Assembly: GCA_965644295.1 (NCBI GenBank)
Contig: CBFFRP010000288.1
Coordinates: 310,001-374,000 of the forward strand
Reading direction: 5' to 3'
From: Paraphysomonas bandaiensis
Taxonomy: Eukaryota > Protista > Chrysophyceae
DNA length: 64,000 bases
In this document: in pieces, positions 52,019-64,000 of the stretch
How positions within the stretch are numbered: position 1 is the stretch's first letter
Layout: each line of letters begins with the position of its first letter
Translations under genes and position numbers: made by a program
Notes under the pieces: generated by a model
The model's input: the letters and a program-made list of their open reading frames with translations, nothing else
Told to the model about the DNA's origin: nothing
Databases searched by the model: none

Positions 52019-52180
52019 GGTGGGACGTATACAATGAGTTGTTTTTGTGAATGAGAATATAGTGTTCGGTCACTGTCGCTCAGTCTATGCGGTACATAGT
52101 GTATGGAAGCATATATAGCTAGCTGATATTTCACTTGCTTTCCACAATAATCATCTCATTAAATTATATTTAGTGTTACA

Positions 52181-52690
52181 ATGCTACTGTCTCATATTCT
52201 AAGAGGTGAAGTCCGCCGTTGTTGTACCACAGGGTTGTTGTCTCGCACAGCCACTGCTATTCGATACACGAGTAATCTTCCTAATTTAACACAAGAGCAA
52301 CTAACGAAAATTGGAGAGATCGATGAAAAGCTACGTAATCACCATACGATTTTAGAGAGTCAGTTAGAACCTGAAGTGTCGGATCAAGTGAGGAGGAAGA
52401 GAATGATATATCGCAGCAAACAAAGAGGATGGCTCGAGGCTGATCTCCTGATGGGATCATGGGCTGTTGAGCATGTCCCCAAGCTGTCGAAGGAGCAACT
52501 TGACGAATATGAAATGCTCTTACAGGAGGAAACCATTGATATATACAATTATATCTCGAAGAAAGACCCCCTTCCACGACATTTAGAGAATTTGAGTGTG
52601 ATTAAAGACATTCAGAACTACGCGCTTACAAAGAATATGGCATCACCAGAGGGCTATGAGAATGTTAAAAGAAAGACTAACCTAACGTGA
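52181..52690 (+). CDS. SDHAF2: Succinate dehydrogenase assembly factor 2 (Sdh5)
   Basis: RRKRMIYRSKQRGWLEADLLMGSWA signature and a targeting-like N-terminus. Confidence 0.93.
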   Translation: MLLSHILRGEVRRCCTTGLLSRTATAIRYTSNLPNLTQEQLTKIGEIDEKLRNHHTILESQLEPEVSDQVRRKRMIYRSKQRGWLEADLLMGSWAVEHVPKLSKEQLDEYEMLLQEETIDIYNYISKKDPLPRHLENLSVIKDIQNYALTKNMASPEGYENVKRKTNLT

Positions 52691-54079
52691 ATTCGAGTGT
52701 CTACCCTGATATCATTATAATATCGCTGCGATGTTATTGAGTTGTCATACTAGTATTCATTACTGATTCTAATAATTCTAATAAAGTAACCTGTTTTCCG
52801 TTGTTTCTGTAACTACTTTTAACATTATATATTTGGTCATAGTAACTGATTGCATAAAAACAATATAGAATAATGTAGATTTTGTGATCTGTATTAGTGT
52901 TTAATTTGTAGTATCTGATCTCCAAATTACATGACCCCAATTTTGTATTCCGGAACGATAGTTACTTTAAATCTTCCACTTGTAGATTCGTATCATATAT
53001 CATCAAATCAATATACGAATTGAAAGAGAACTGAATATGTAAGACGCCTGTTTCATCTGAAAGATATAATGTCTGCATGTCTAGCAATAGTGAAGAGTAT
53101 ACAACAAGCCATTCAAGACTCTAGCAGCGAATTTTTCCGCAGTATATATCAAGTGCATAAGTAATTAGAAACGGAATTATTCTCCTTGAGCAGGCCAGTT
53201 TAGATAAATGCTTGTAGATGCAGGATATAAATCAACAAACTCTAGCACTGTTTTCTGATATCACGACAGTGTTAATTTAAACATTTAAACCGTATAATAT
53301 TTCGCAGATCTGGCTCAGCATTCAACAAATTGAACTGCCTCAATGCAACACTTGTATGATATAATTCATGTTGCATATGTGTATTATATACATGTATTGC
53401 ACACCAATGCAGAAGGCAAAGATATTGGTAAGTTTCGTACTTACTTTGATATCTTAAGGCTAAATATACAACAGTTCTATGAGTTTACATTTGCATTTGA
53501 TATTCTAATTGCAACGTCTATCTTGTGATTTTATTATAAAACTTAACAACAACTGTTGGAGGCACATCAGGTTGACAAAAGTAATTCTCAGCTATGTAAG
53601 ACGTGTACTTCTACAACATGTTTCTTATTTAAAATAAGACTTTTTGAACTATTTTAGGATTATATTATGTAGAAAGTAGTGCAGATATCAGATCTGCATA
53701 TATACGATAAGTAGATTAGTTGTATGCATTAGAAATGAAAAAGTATGTAGTATGTATCCATCGTTAAGCCGAGACTGTTGCATTGAAGTGAAATGGTCTC
53801 TAATTAACTACGCACACATAATTACTAATGTGAGTGACCTGGCATGTACGTAGAGTACGTAATCGGTGGGTGACTATATATTTCGTACTCCATTACAGAC
53901 ATGTGTTGTTTGTGTTCAAAATAAACGACTTCATGTGTAATATACACATAATAATATGTCACAAATGTATTGCTTAGTAATTTTACACGTAGATATAACA
54001 ACCCTGTCCGTAGCACGTGTATCATGCAAGTATGTATAGTGCATATGCATGACACCGCCAAAATAGTGCCTCAAGAAAA

Positions 54080-54628
54080 CTAGATGCACATGTTTGTAAT
54101 TACTTGGTCCGGTACGAAGACAACCATACCATCATGTTTTTTCTCCAATGTAATTTGACAAGCGAGTCGTGATGTTGATGACATTTCTCCACCCCAAACG
54201 TTTTCCATCCCTTGACGAATGTAATCGAACTCTTTAGGCAACAAATGATGGAAGCTGGAAGGAATTTTGACATGGCATGCATAGCACCCCGGTCCCTGTC
54301 CGTATGTGTCTTCAAGCCAGTCGTCAGTTCGATGCACCTGTTGGGGTCCAGCGCCACCACCACAATGGTCTGCGATATCGACTTTATGCATCAAAGCAGC
54401 CTCCAAAAGAGTCTGTCCAACTCGACCCTGAACAGTTGCACGATTGCCCTAAAATAGAATGATATTAAAAAAATATAAATGATACAGAAATCAGACCTCT
54501 TCGTCAACAAAAGTTAAATTTACCATTCTGGGATGGTTTTTCATTATTTCTTTAGGGTCTTTAGCGGTAAAAGACACATTCCTTTTAATTGACCTGAACG
54601 CCAGCGACCTCCCCCGACTTAGAAACAT
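54080..54628 (-). CDS. Mitochondrial adrenodoxin-type 2Fe-2S ferredoxin (2 exons; intron 54449-54496)
   Basis: MFLSRGRSLAFRS presequence, VNLTFVDEE|GNRATVQGRVGQTLLEAA, CGGG...GPGCYACHV, SRLACQI. Confidence 0.9.
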
Positions 54629-55282
54629 AGCTGATGCAATAATAATATAAGTTGTAACTCGGGCAGGGCCACTGTGAATGCTATAGGCTAGATGTGATTA
54701 TGGCAATAGTGCATTTCCTCTATTGAGAAGTGTATATATTGCATATACTGCTGCATAATAAACCATGCACCACCATGCTGCTGATGATGATGTCATCGAT
54801 ATAGTTTTATTGTTGGTTTGACAACACACGAGACTACAGAGGAATACGTCATGTATTCCTTGTAGAAGATATACTGAAGTGTTGTAGGTGAACTTGAACT
54901 ACTGTGTATTTCAAGGTATTCTCAATACAGATCATCGTAGCACAAGAAAATATTTTTCGCAACTGCTGCTTTGTTCAGTCCGTGTTTTTATGTACATATA
55001 TATGTATGTGTTTACCTACTAGTTAAAGCATCCTCATATCCCACATCATCTGCACACATACTATATAATCCTTTTCTTGTGCTTAGTGTGGGTATTTAAG
55101 ACCATTTGAATCTGAATATCACAATATATATTAGTTGTGTCTATTGATTTGTATTGTTTAGACCCGCTGGTAGTGTAGAGATCTTTATTTGGTTAGTCTA
55201 CATGAAAACAGGTATAAAATATATGAAATTCATTCATCTTTTTGCTTATTTTATTCATTTGATATTTATTTGATTAACAGTT

Positions 55283-57300
55283 ATGGAAGAAGTAAGTTAT
55301 GTTAATGGTGAGTAACTTATGTTGATAATTTTATATGTAGGGCGATCGTTCCGCTAGAAGGAATAACACTGTCCGACAAGGTGATATTATTTTGACCGAA
55401 TATACACTTGTATCTCATGTTTATACCTTATAATTTAACGTTTTTCAGCCGCGAACCCTGATGAGGTATGTTTTTATATATCTCCCTATTCCCGAATGAA
55501 ATATAATTGCGTCTGAATACAGAGGACGGATATATCTGATAGTATACGCAATATAACGATTGACGAGAGAAGTGGATCGGGGACAGAGCAGAAGCCTGCA
55601 GTAAGTGTAGCATTTTGATTGGAAAATATAGTTCACATTCTTATTTAGGGCAGTCGTCGATCCGCGTCTACTACAAAGACCAATGGAACAGACGACAAGT
55701 CCGTAAAATCACATTACTAATCTATTTCTTTTTTAAGCTTCTAATTTAGGAAAGATGGGAAATCGGAAACAATTAACTACGACGCGCAGCGAATGGTTGG
55801 TCACGGGTCCTTCGGGGCGGTGTTCCAAGCTAAAGTTGTGGAAACTAATGAAGTTGTAGCTATTAAGAAAGTATTACAGGATCGTAGATTTAAAAATAGG
55901 GAGCTTCAGATAATGCGACAATTGTCGAAGCAACCCCACCCATATATTGTTATACTAAAGCATTACTTTGTAAGCAAGGGATCTAAGGCAGATGAGGTAT
56001 TAATTATCACATGCTGTTGTCATGTATTATTGGGCTTGCTATTGATGCCAAATAGTAAATCTACGCCTTATGTGTGTGTGTTCACAATAATCATACTATG
56101 TCTACAGGTGTACTTGAACCTAGTACTGGAGTATATTCCAGAGACTGTTTACTCGGTTGCTAAAATGTTCAGTCGAGCCAAAGAGTCGATGCCTATACTA
56201 TCAATCAAGATCTACATGTACCAACTTTCTCGTGCACTCGCACACATACACGGCATGGGGATTTGCCACCGGTATAGATTTACGTATTAAATGAATAAAC
56301 TTTACAGTAATGTATCTGTTGTAGTGATATTAAGCCTCAAAACTTGTTAGTGGATCCTGCCAGACAAGTTCTGAAGCTTTGTGATTTTGGGTCAGCCAAG
56401 ACGCTGGTAAAGGGAGAGCCGAATGTGGCGTATATATGTTCGAGGTCCGTGTGCTGTTTGGTGATGTATTGTTGAACTATTGCAAATAAGTGTTCATGTA
56501 TGAAACTCTCGGACATATTTACTTATATATAAAATTCTAATTTCACGCAAATACAGATATTATCGAGCCCCTGAGCTAATTTTTGGGTCAACCGACTACA
56601 GTACTGCCATTGACGTGTGGTCAGAAGGGTGTGTCTTAGCTGAACTTTTGATCGGATCTCCTCTCTTCCCAGGAAGTTCGGGCGTAGACCAATTGGTTGA
56701 AATTATCAAGGTAGGGTTTCGCCTGTTGGTTCATTTTTCTATGTGACTGTATGATGTTCAATAATGGCCTCAAACTGCATCTTCAGGTCCTTGGTACCCC
56801 AACTCGAGAGGAGCTAAACGAGATGAACCCTAATTATCAGGAGTTTAAGTTCCCACAGATACGTGCTGTACCTTGGGGTTCTGTGTTTAAACCGGGCACT
56901 CCGCCTGAGGCCATGGAGCTCACCAGCAGACTGCTGGCATACAAGCCGCACAACAGAATCTTAGCGATTGAGGTACGTTTTGCACTATTGTAATTAACAC
57001 AGGCACTAATGATGGATGCAGTCGTGTGCGCATCCCTTTTTTGATGAGATCCGCAATCCCAACACTCTTCTTCCTGATGGATCAAAAATTTCTACTCAAA
57101 CTGAATTGTTTGAGTTCACTGAGGAAGAACTTGTTTTATCACCACAGATGGCCCAGACCCTCACTCCTGCCCATATCCTGGAGGCACGAGCCGCGGCGGG
57201 GCCAGGAGATGTGAAGCAATCAGCAGGAACTGGAAACGAGGCCGCAACCGCTCCTGTCCCGTCTGCATCAGAGGGAGGAAGTGTGGAAGCTACAAAGTGA
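55283..57300 (+). CDS. GSK3: Glycogen synthase kinase 3 / shaggy-like kinase (~11 exons; start uncertain)
   Basis: [78 protein letters not shown]. Confidence 0.95.
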
Positions 57301-59712
57301 ATTGACGTTCGTAATACAGCAACTTTATAAATTGATTTGCCTCATGCAACAATTGATTTGTGAACAGTTAAAATATAATGGGTCTTAGTATACGACATGA
57401 GTTATGAGAACGTGGAAAATGCGTTAGTATCAGAATGCGCCTGTCGTGCTGCTTTTGTTGACTTTAACTTTACTACAGTATGCGCTTAAGTAATAACTAT
57501 ATATTGAAAGTCTTATTATATAGCAATAGGCGTTTAAAACTTGTACCAATATAGTGGCTAGTTGAATGCTAGATATACTAGTTAGACCTCTACCCATAAC
57601 TAATCAGCACAAATTCTATTATCCTACTATTTAGCGCTACAGAAGCTGCTTGTGCGTCGCCGCAAGCACCAAGGTGCGACCAGTAATAACTATTATAATA
57701 GGTAAAGAGTTATAAGTATGCGATAGGTATTCAATATTCTATATATGCAGTCAGCCATTACACCATTACTGATAGATTAAAATTGAAGTGCATATAATAG
57801 AATGAAATGCTTATGTTAAATATTTCTACACCAGGTATATGCCGCATTGGTTAGACGGTTAGACCTTATTACAATAACCTCATTGATCAGGAACGCGTAG
57901 CAATATGCGGGCGATACTTGTAATATTGACTACTTTAAATTAGTATATTATCCGGATCAGGCGCGTCAGCAACCACTTTAAATTGGTTCAATACTATATC
58001 TCCAACGGAGAGTTGCAGAGGTGCAAGATGCACCCCATCTCTTTACATGCATATCTGTGATTTCATACAATAAGGTTTAAATAAATCAAGATGCTTGAAT
58101 TCTTTAAAATGCCAATAGCCTTGTTTTGAATTTTTAGACCAACCATAATATTTTGCAGCTATTAATCCACTACTTCAGAACACATTCAGTCCGCGTTTGT
58201 CAATTGCAGAGAGATATATAGTCTACGTTAAGTTATTTGCTTTTTGCACTTCTGTAAGTCGAGTACACCAAATTAAATCAATGCTACTAGAGCGTATTAG
58301 CTATGCTATATCCTATAAGGTATATAGTTAATCTAATTTACACTAGATTTACTCAAAGTCTTGAAAACTTTCATGTTTATTAAAGTGCAGTGGTATTCGA
58401 AATAAACAACTGGCTAGGTTCTCTAGCCAAAAGAGAGACAACATCCACTGCCATCTCGAAATATATTCTGGCCAGCTAAATAGCTGTACGTAGCATAACA
58501 TCTACAGCGCAATTCTATGTTTCGAATTCCCTCTGATAGCCCCCCCGGATGTTATATCCATACGCTTTACATATCCACAGTGTTGTTCTGATTCCGTTTT
58601 CTGACTAGCGAATCTATGCACTATAAATAACGCTGGCACTCTTGTCTTGAAACTGGAAAAAATAAATTAAAATCGCAGTGAGAATAGTTTATATCAGTAG
58701 TGTGTGGACCTGTATTCCAAAAAACTCATGGTCTGTTGCCAGTTCTGTATATTTTTAAATTTATTTATTAATATTCGTAAGTATTTGTATTGTAGTGAAG
58801 AGCTCGATAGTCAATTTTGTAGACGGTATAATAAGAATCTCCCCACCACTGCGATACAGTTAGTCTCCTTGTCTTCTTGTCAGATATTCATCAAATTGTA
58901 ACCCTCATAACATGTCTGTCATTATTACAAATCTATTGATATAACGTGTATTGTAGTAGTTCATATGATCAGTACAGATGAAATATGTATACATAACTGC
59001 TGTATATGTAGTAGTAGAGGAATAGGATCCGATCCTAAGTCTCTCCTTAACACCTAATCATCGGCACCATACACACTATAGTATTTTGTTGATAATTCGG
59101 AGATATTATTCGAAATGGTGAATGATTTGATGTGTGTGTACTCTATGTGGACTATAAATAACTACTTGACTTTCAAGAGTAGAAGTTGTCAGAAATTTGT
59201 TATTTTTAGATTTCAGCAGTTAAAAACTATATTTTTCTATTGCAACTTACACGTAAAATACCAAAATATATTTCGTTTTCTTAAAACTCCAGTTTTCTTG
59301 AAAGCATAATACGGTAGGTCTACAGTACGTAGTATGTATCTACTAGGGGAGTATCACTTCGCAAATGATAACGACGACCCCACAGGCGTCACAAGAAGTA
59401 CGATGGATAGTACGTTGGTTTCATAGGGATGAGGACATTAACTAGTGTATATATACCATACAGCAGTAAATACTTCAGCCCACTAGTAAGGATCATACAT
59501 AATCCTGTAGACGTTACTGGTGTGGTGGGATATTACGAAGTTTGTTTACACTTCATTAATAAGTGAAAATAAAAATGAAGTGAAAAAAAGTGTGATAAAG
59601 TTGAAGTATATGAAATTATAGACGTATTTATATATGCTTATATCGAATGGACATATAGGTACATCTCTGTATATTAACTATAAGCACTTATTGTGATATT
59701 TAATACACATAT

Positions 59713-62700
59713 ATGACCTCTAAGTCCCAGAAAATGAGCAATAAGAAACAATGGATATATGGTGTTACCAAAGTAATGGCATATCACCCTATTCGTGTGT
59801 GTTCATGCTGTTTTTTAGTCATATTATTAATGGTTATAGTGGTAATTCAGTTTGGTTATGCTAGAATGAGTCCCTCATCAGATTATGCTTGGACAATTTC
59901 ATCTACAGAAGAATCTGAAAACTCTGATGCTTTAAATGATGCAAAAGATGATGTGGATCAGTTAAATACTCGAACAGGAGCACAAACACAAGCGTATGAT
60001 GATAAATTCTTTTTTCTGCATTCTGTTAAGAATAAAGCAGACATATATACTGCAGAGAATTTACTTGATATGTGTCATATTGAAACTAGTATTGCACTTG
60101 ATCCGGAATATCCAAATTTTTGTGTGCTGGATAAGGAAGGAGTATGTACACTTCCATCGACTTCTATTGTGGTTCACTTTTATGAGTTTCATAATATCTC
60201 TCAGTGGAGTTGTTATCTTCTCTCTGAATCTGTTGTCGAGCAGAAACGTAACCAACTTTACACTGCGATGCAAACTCCAGAGGGCCAGGAAAAGTATGGA
60301 TACTGGTTGAGTAAAGATGCAGTTAAGAGGGGATACTCAACTAAAGCTCAGAGCATATGGCTAGTGGGGGCACCTTTGTTAGGCTATGATGCACTGTCTT
60401 CTAAAGAGGATGAACAGGTACCTTCCGTTACAACAAATGCTACTGTATGAGGCAATCAACTACTTTTTCTTACTGCTACCTAGATATTACCATGTACTAG
60501 AATATGAGTGTCGTATTTCATGTTCAGTGGCTGTCTATTACGATGCGCGTTGCACAAATGGTTTTGTAATTTTGTGTTGAAATATTTAGGATGAGAAGTA
60601 TCGTGACTTCTTCACTGGATCTGATGGTGCAATAGATGGTGTGGAAGAAACTCTGCTTGACTTTTTCGACCTCTATGCTAGTACTGATGGGTTGTTTTCA
60701 TATTACCCGTCACCTTACTTGTCTTCTGTGTCGGAAGGACAAATTGAGGAGAAGTGGTTTAGTGGATGGAATGTGCAAAATGAAAACTCGCGCCTTATTA
60801 CAACTGATCTTTTGTTTTCCATGTTCAGCATTTTGTTTGTGCTGTTTTGGCTTTATGTCCACACCAAATCACTCATAATCGCTCTTGCGGCAATGTATAT
60901 GATATTCTGCTCCATCCCCTGCAGTTTACTGATTTATAAGGCAGTATACAACATCCCCTTCTTTTCTGAATTGCATATTTTGGTGTTGTACATCGTCCTC
61001 GGTGTGGGCGCAGATGATGTTTTTGTTCTTGTTGATTCCTGGAAACAAACAGCTAATATATATGAGGGGGATATATCTAATGGGCGGGATCGCGAACTAA
61101 CCCACAAAAGACTGCAGCACTGTTATGAGGTACGAACTTCTCGCGATTCTATATATCTATTTTCCTGTTTGTGATGATGTTTGTTCTATAGCATACAATA
61201 TCTACCGTTTTCAACACCAGTTTTACAACTGCTGCTGCCTTTATTGCAACTGGATTTTCTCCCCTTATGCCGATTGCCACATTTGGATGGTTCGCCGCGA
61301 CTTGTATCGTTCTCAACTTCATTTTTGTGGTCAGTCTGATGCCTCCAGTTGTTGTAATTTCCGAGATGTACTGCAGTCGGTGGTTCACATGTTCGGTCAT
61401 TGGTAGAATGGCTGTTAGTAAGACAGACCCTGAGGACGAAGGTATTTGTACAAACAGCCAAATCCAAGATGACAAGAACAGGGATTCCAACGTAGCAATC
61501 AATGAAGACAGTAAAGCTGTTCTGGGAGATTCTGGTAGTGAAAATCATGCATCTAGTGTAGAGTCGAAGGGAATTGCTATGGTCCAAAACTACAACGGTG
61601 GGCCCGTATTGGGGTCACCCATCGACAGTCCGGAAGGTAAGATGGAGCCGTTGTCACCATCTTTTACTGAGGGACAGCTCCACAATGGCGATGTAGAGGC
61701 GGACGGTATGTCTAATAAAGAACCGAATGAAACAACAAGCTATACTACACAGGTCCTTGGTAGCAAATCCCCAATAGTTGATATCTACATTAGCGTCATC
61801 GAAGCCAATGTGCCTTTAGGAAATGGCAAGCGAGTCCCCATCGTAGCAATTATTTTGGCTTTAGGACTGTTTATATTTGGTGTTATTGGTGCAATGTATG
61901 GACTGCAGCTTAGGCCACCTACTGAAATTGAAGAATGGTTTCCTAATAAACATATGTACAACTTGGCCCGGAAGTCCTTGCTGAATGATTTTTTGGGTGC
62001 GGATGATTCTGCTTATGAAACTGTGACTTTCACATTCGGTATAGAGGGAATTGACCGAGGATCATTCGACATATACAAGCCAGATGAAAATCGTGGTGAT
62101 GCGAAATTTGATTCCAACTGGAATCTTGCACAGCCTGCGTGTCAGAGAGCCATGGTTCAGATGTGTGACGACATTGGAACGTTCGAATGTCGATCGGAGG
62201 CTTGTAAACCAACCAAGAGAGTGGCCCGGGAAAATACCACAGAGTGCTTCATGAAAGATTTTCGTGTGTGGGCGCAGAGTGTTCATGGTGAATATACATA
62301 TAATATGTCGGAAAGTCGCTTTTACTCGGCATTAATGGAATTTCGGGAAGAAGAAACTCAACGTTACAGTGTGTTTTCTGACTGGCAGGAAGCAATCGGG
62401 TTCATTGGTGGCGAGCTAAAATTTGGAAGCGTAATATTCACTTCAACTATGGATAGCCGATCTTCTATGCAGCACAAACAAGAGGTAGTTCGTCGATTGG
62501 ATGCACTGGTCAAGAAAGTGAAGAATTATGGTGAATGTAATGAATGCGACTGCAGCAGCCTCATGTATACCGGCGAGGGTGCATTCGTGTGGATGAGATC
62601 TGAGGAAGGAATCGTGAAAGGGTTTTATCAAGGCTTGTCGATTGCTTTTCCGGTAGCATTCCTCGTGTTACTATGTGCTACTGGAAACATTATCATTGCG

Positions 62701-63222
62701 ACGTACGCTATTATGACAGTTTTTTTCATTGTGTTTGGGGTTCTAGGATTTATCAATTATTCAATGAATTGGCATCTGGGTATTGCTGAAAGTATAGCTG
62801 GCATCATCATTATCGGCTTTTCAGTTGATTATACGGTCCATTTGGGGCATATGTATAATGATGCTGAGCCGAATGGCTTTCATGATAGAAAAAGTAAATT
62901 TGAAATGACCAGTCGTGTTTTGCTGCTAACTGTAATTGGTGGAGCAATCACCACAATTGGAGCGGGGGTATTTATGTTTCCCTGTCAATTAATATTCTTC
63001 AATAAAATGGCGGTCCTAATAGTAGCCACTATATTATTCAGCTGGGTGTACGCCCTGGGTTTCTTTATGTCGCTGCTGTATCTGGTTGGCCCGGAAGGTG
63101 CTACGGGGAGCATACCCGTTGCAGTTGCGAAGCTGCGGATATATTTTGATGAGAATCGCGGTATAGGAGAAGCGAAAATTAGCCCCTTCTCTTCTGACCA
63201 TGGACAGAAAAGTTCGTCGTAG
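59713..63222 (+). CDS. Dispatched/Patched-family RND protein with a sterol-sensing domain (3 exons)
   Basis: GVGADDVFV (GxxxDD) and GFSVDYTVH motifs and two TM clusters. Introns at ~60418-60589 and ~61130-61190 link three ORFs. Confidence 0.9.
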
Positions 63223-63576
63223 AAATCCCCGTAGCCAAGTTTGCTTTACATACACTTATGATTGGATAGTATTGTGTATATATATCCTCTCTACGTAATA
63301 TGCACTCCACAGTGTGGTTTTTCTAGTCGAGTTACATGGGCTGCAATGTATGTACACGTTGCAGTGAAACCACAGTATTACAGTATAGTATAATCATAAC
63401 CTTAAATTCATTATTATCTTCCTAGTGGTATCGGCACATATACACGAGTTTTGTTTAGAGTCTCTCTTTCCATTTACTAGTAAACAAGTTCTCAATACAG
63501 TGGGCGATGGGCGACCATTCGAACAAATTTGGACTACTATACTCTTGGAGTGCCCTCCTACTATGCTTGTGTTACA

Positions 63577-63790
63577 CCCCATTCCGACAGTGTGGCCATA
63601 GCGTAGACTCGCTGACACAGCACATATAACAACAAGATTTTACGCTGATGCTACGCTAGCTATCACTCACGTTCACCAACTTAACCCAATAGATCGCGCA
63701 CAGACTCTGTGAGCGCCACTGTACTGCTACATTCTTGTTCGCCTTCTCCAAGAATACGAGGGATTTCTCAAAACTATGCATGCATATGTA
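63577..63790. mobile_element. Old, diverged copy of the CCCCATTCCGAG MITE family
   Basis: CCCCATTCCGACAGTGTGGCCATAGCGTAG...ATAGATCGCGCACAGACTCTG aligns loosely to 47128-47265. No right TIR seen. Confidence 0.6.
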
Positions 63791-64000
63791 TCAAATCGAG
63801 CATATTTAACGGGCACCTTCAATACGCCATCTAGGGAGGTGAGATGAGACAACATATATAGGTAGTGAATGTATTATTATGTGAATGTATTGGATGAATT
63901 ACCTCTTGTCACATAACTTGTCGTGTAAAAATCTAGCCAAAGAAATAAAAATTTCATTATCTACATTTATTAATTGATGGCTAGGTGAATACCATATCCC

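Larger units (their letters stand above)
47175..52056. repeat. ~2.4-kb tandem duplication (47175-49583, 49591-52056)
   Basis: Offset is 2416 at the start. The copies differ by SNPs, small indels, a 33-bp VNTR and microsatellite length. Confidence 0.95.

Noticed and set aside
49108-52134. ORFs rich in YIHT/MYVC repeats
   Set aside because: They are translations of (TATG)n microsatellites.
52181-54628. Functional cluster of SDHAF2 and ferredoxin
   Set aside because: Two adjacent mitochondrial genes are expected by chance. They are convergent and show no evidence of shared regulation.
57300-59700. Long intergenic region with a small hairpin near 57647-57668
   Set aside because: A single short stem is expected by chance, and no RNA-family signature was recognised.
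59713-63222. Dispatched-like gene as evidence of Hedgehog signalling
   Set aside because: SSD/RND proteins are widespread in protists that lack Hedgehog signalling.

Overview
This is eukaryotic, AT-rich genomic DNA with many short (mostly ~45-130 nt) GT-AG introns and (TATG)n microsatellites. The gene set and style suggest a flagellated protist, probably a stramenopile (inference only). Housekeeping genes: a SelS-like protein cut by the window edge, a synergin-gamma-like EH protein, a ciliary-type coiled-coil protein, mitochondrial L7/L12, VPS15, a TKL kinase, an SLC35A-type transporter, an F-box protein, SPCS3, a MATE transporter, SDHAF2, a 2Fe-2S ferredoxin, GSK3 and a Dispatched/Patched-family protein. 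These alternate with four repeat-rich islands. (1) A 301-bp tandem array at 476-1785. (2) hAT-like ends enclosing a perfect 1937-bp tandem duplication at 12.9-17.4 kb. (3) A 28.3-36.1 kb island with a young, internally deleted Ty1/copia element, two MITEs and ~0.7-0.8 kb inverted arms. The arms enclose an intronless 847-aa gene with an unusual SNase-like/KH/SNase-like/NYN architecture, the best candidate here for an undescribed RNA-targeting system. (4) An inverted C2H2 gene pair followed by a MITE and a 2.4-kb tandem duplication at 45.8-52.1 kb. All domain calls come from motif recognition by eye; no database searches were run.
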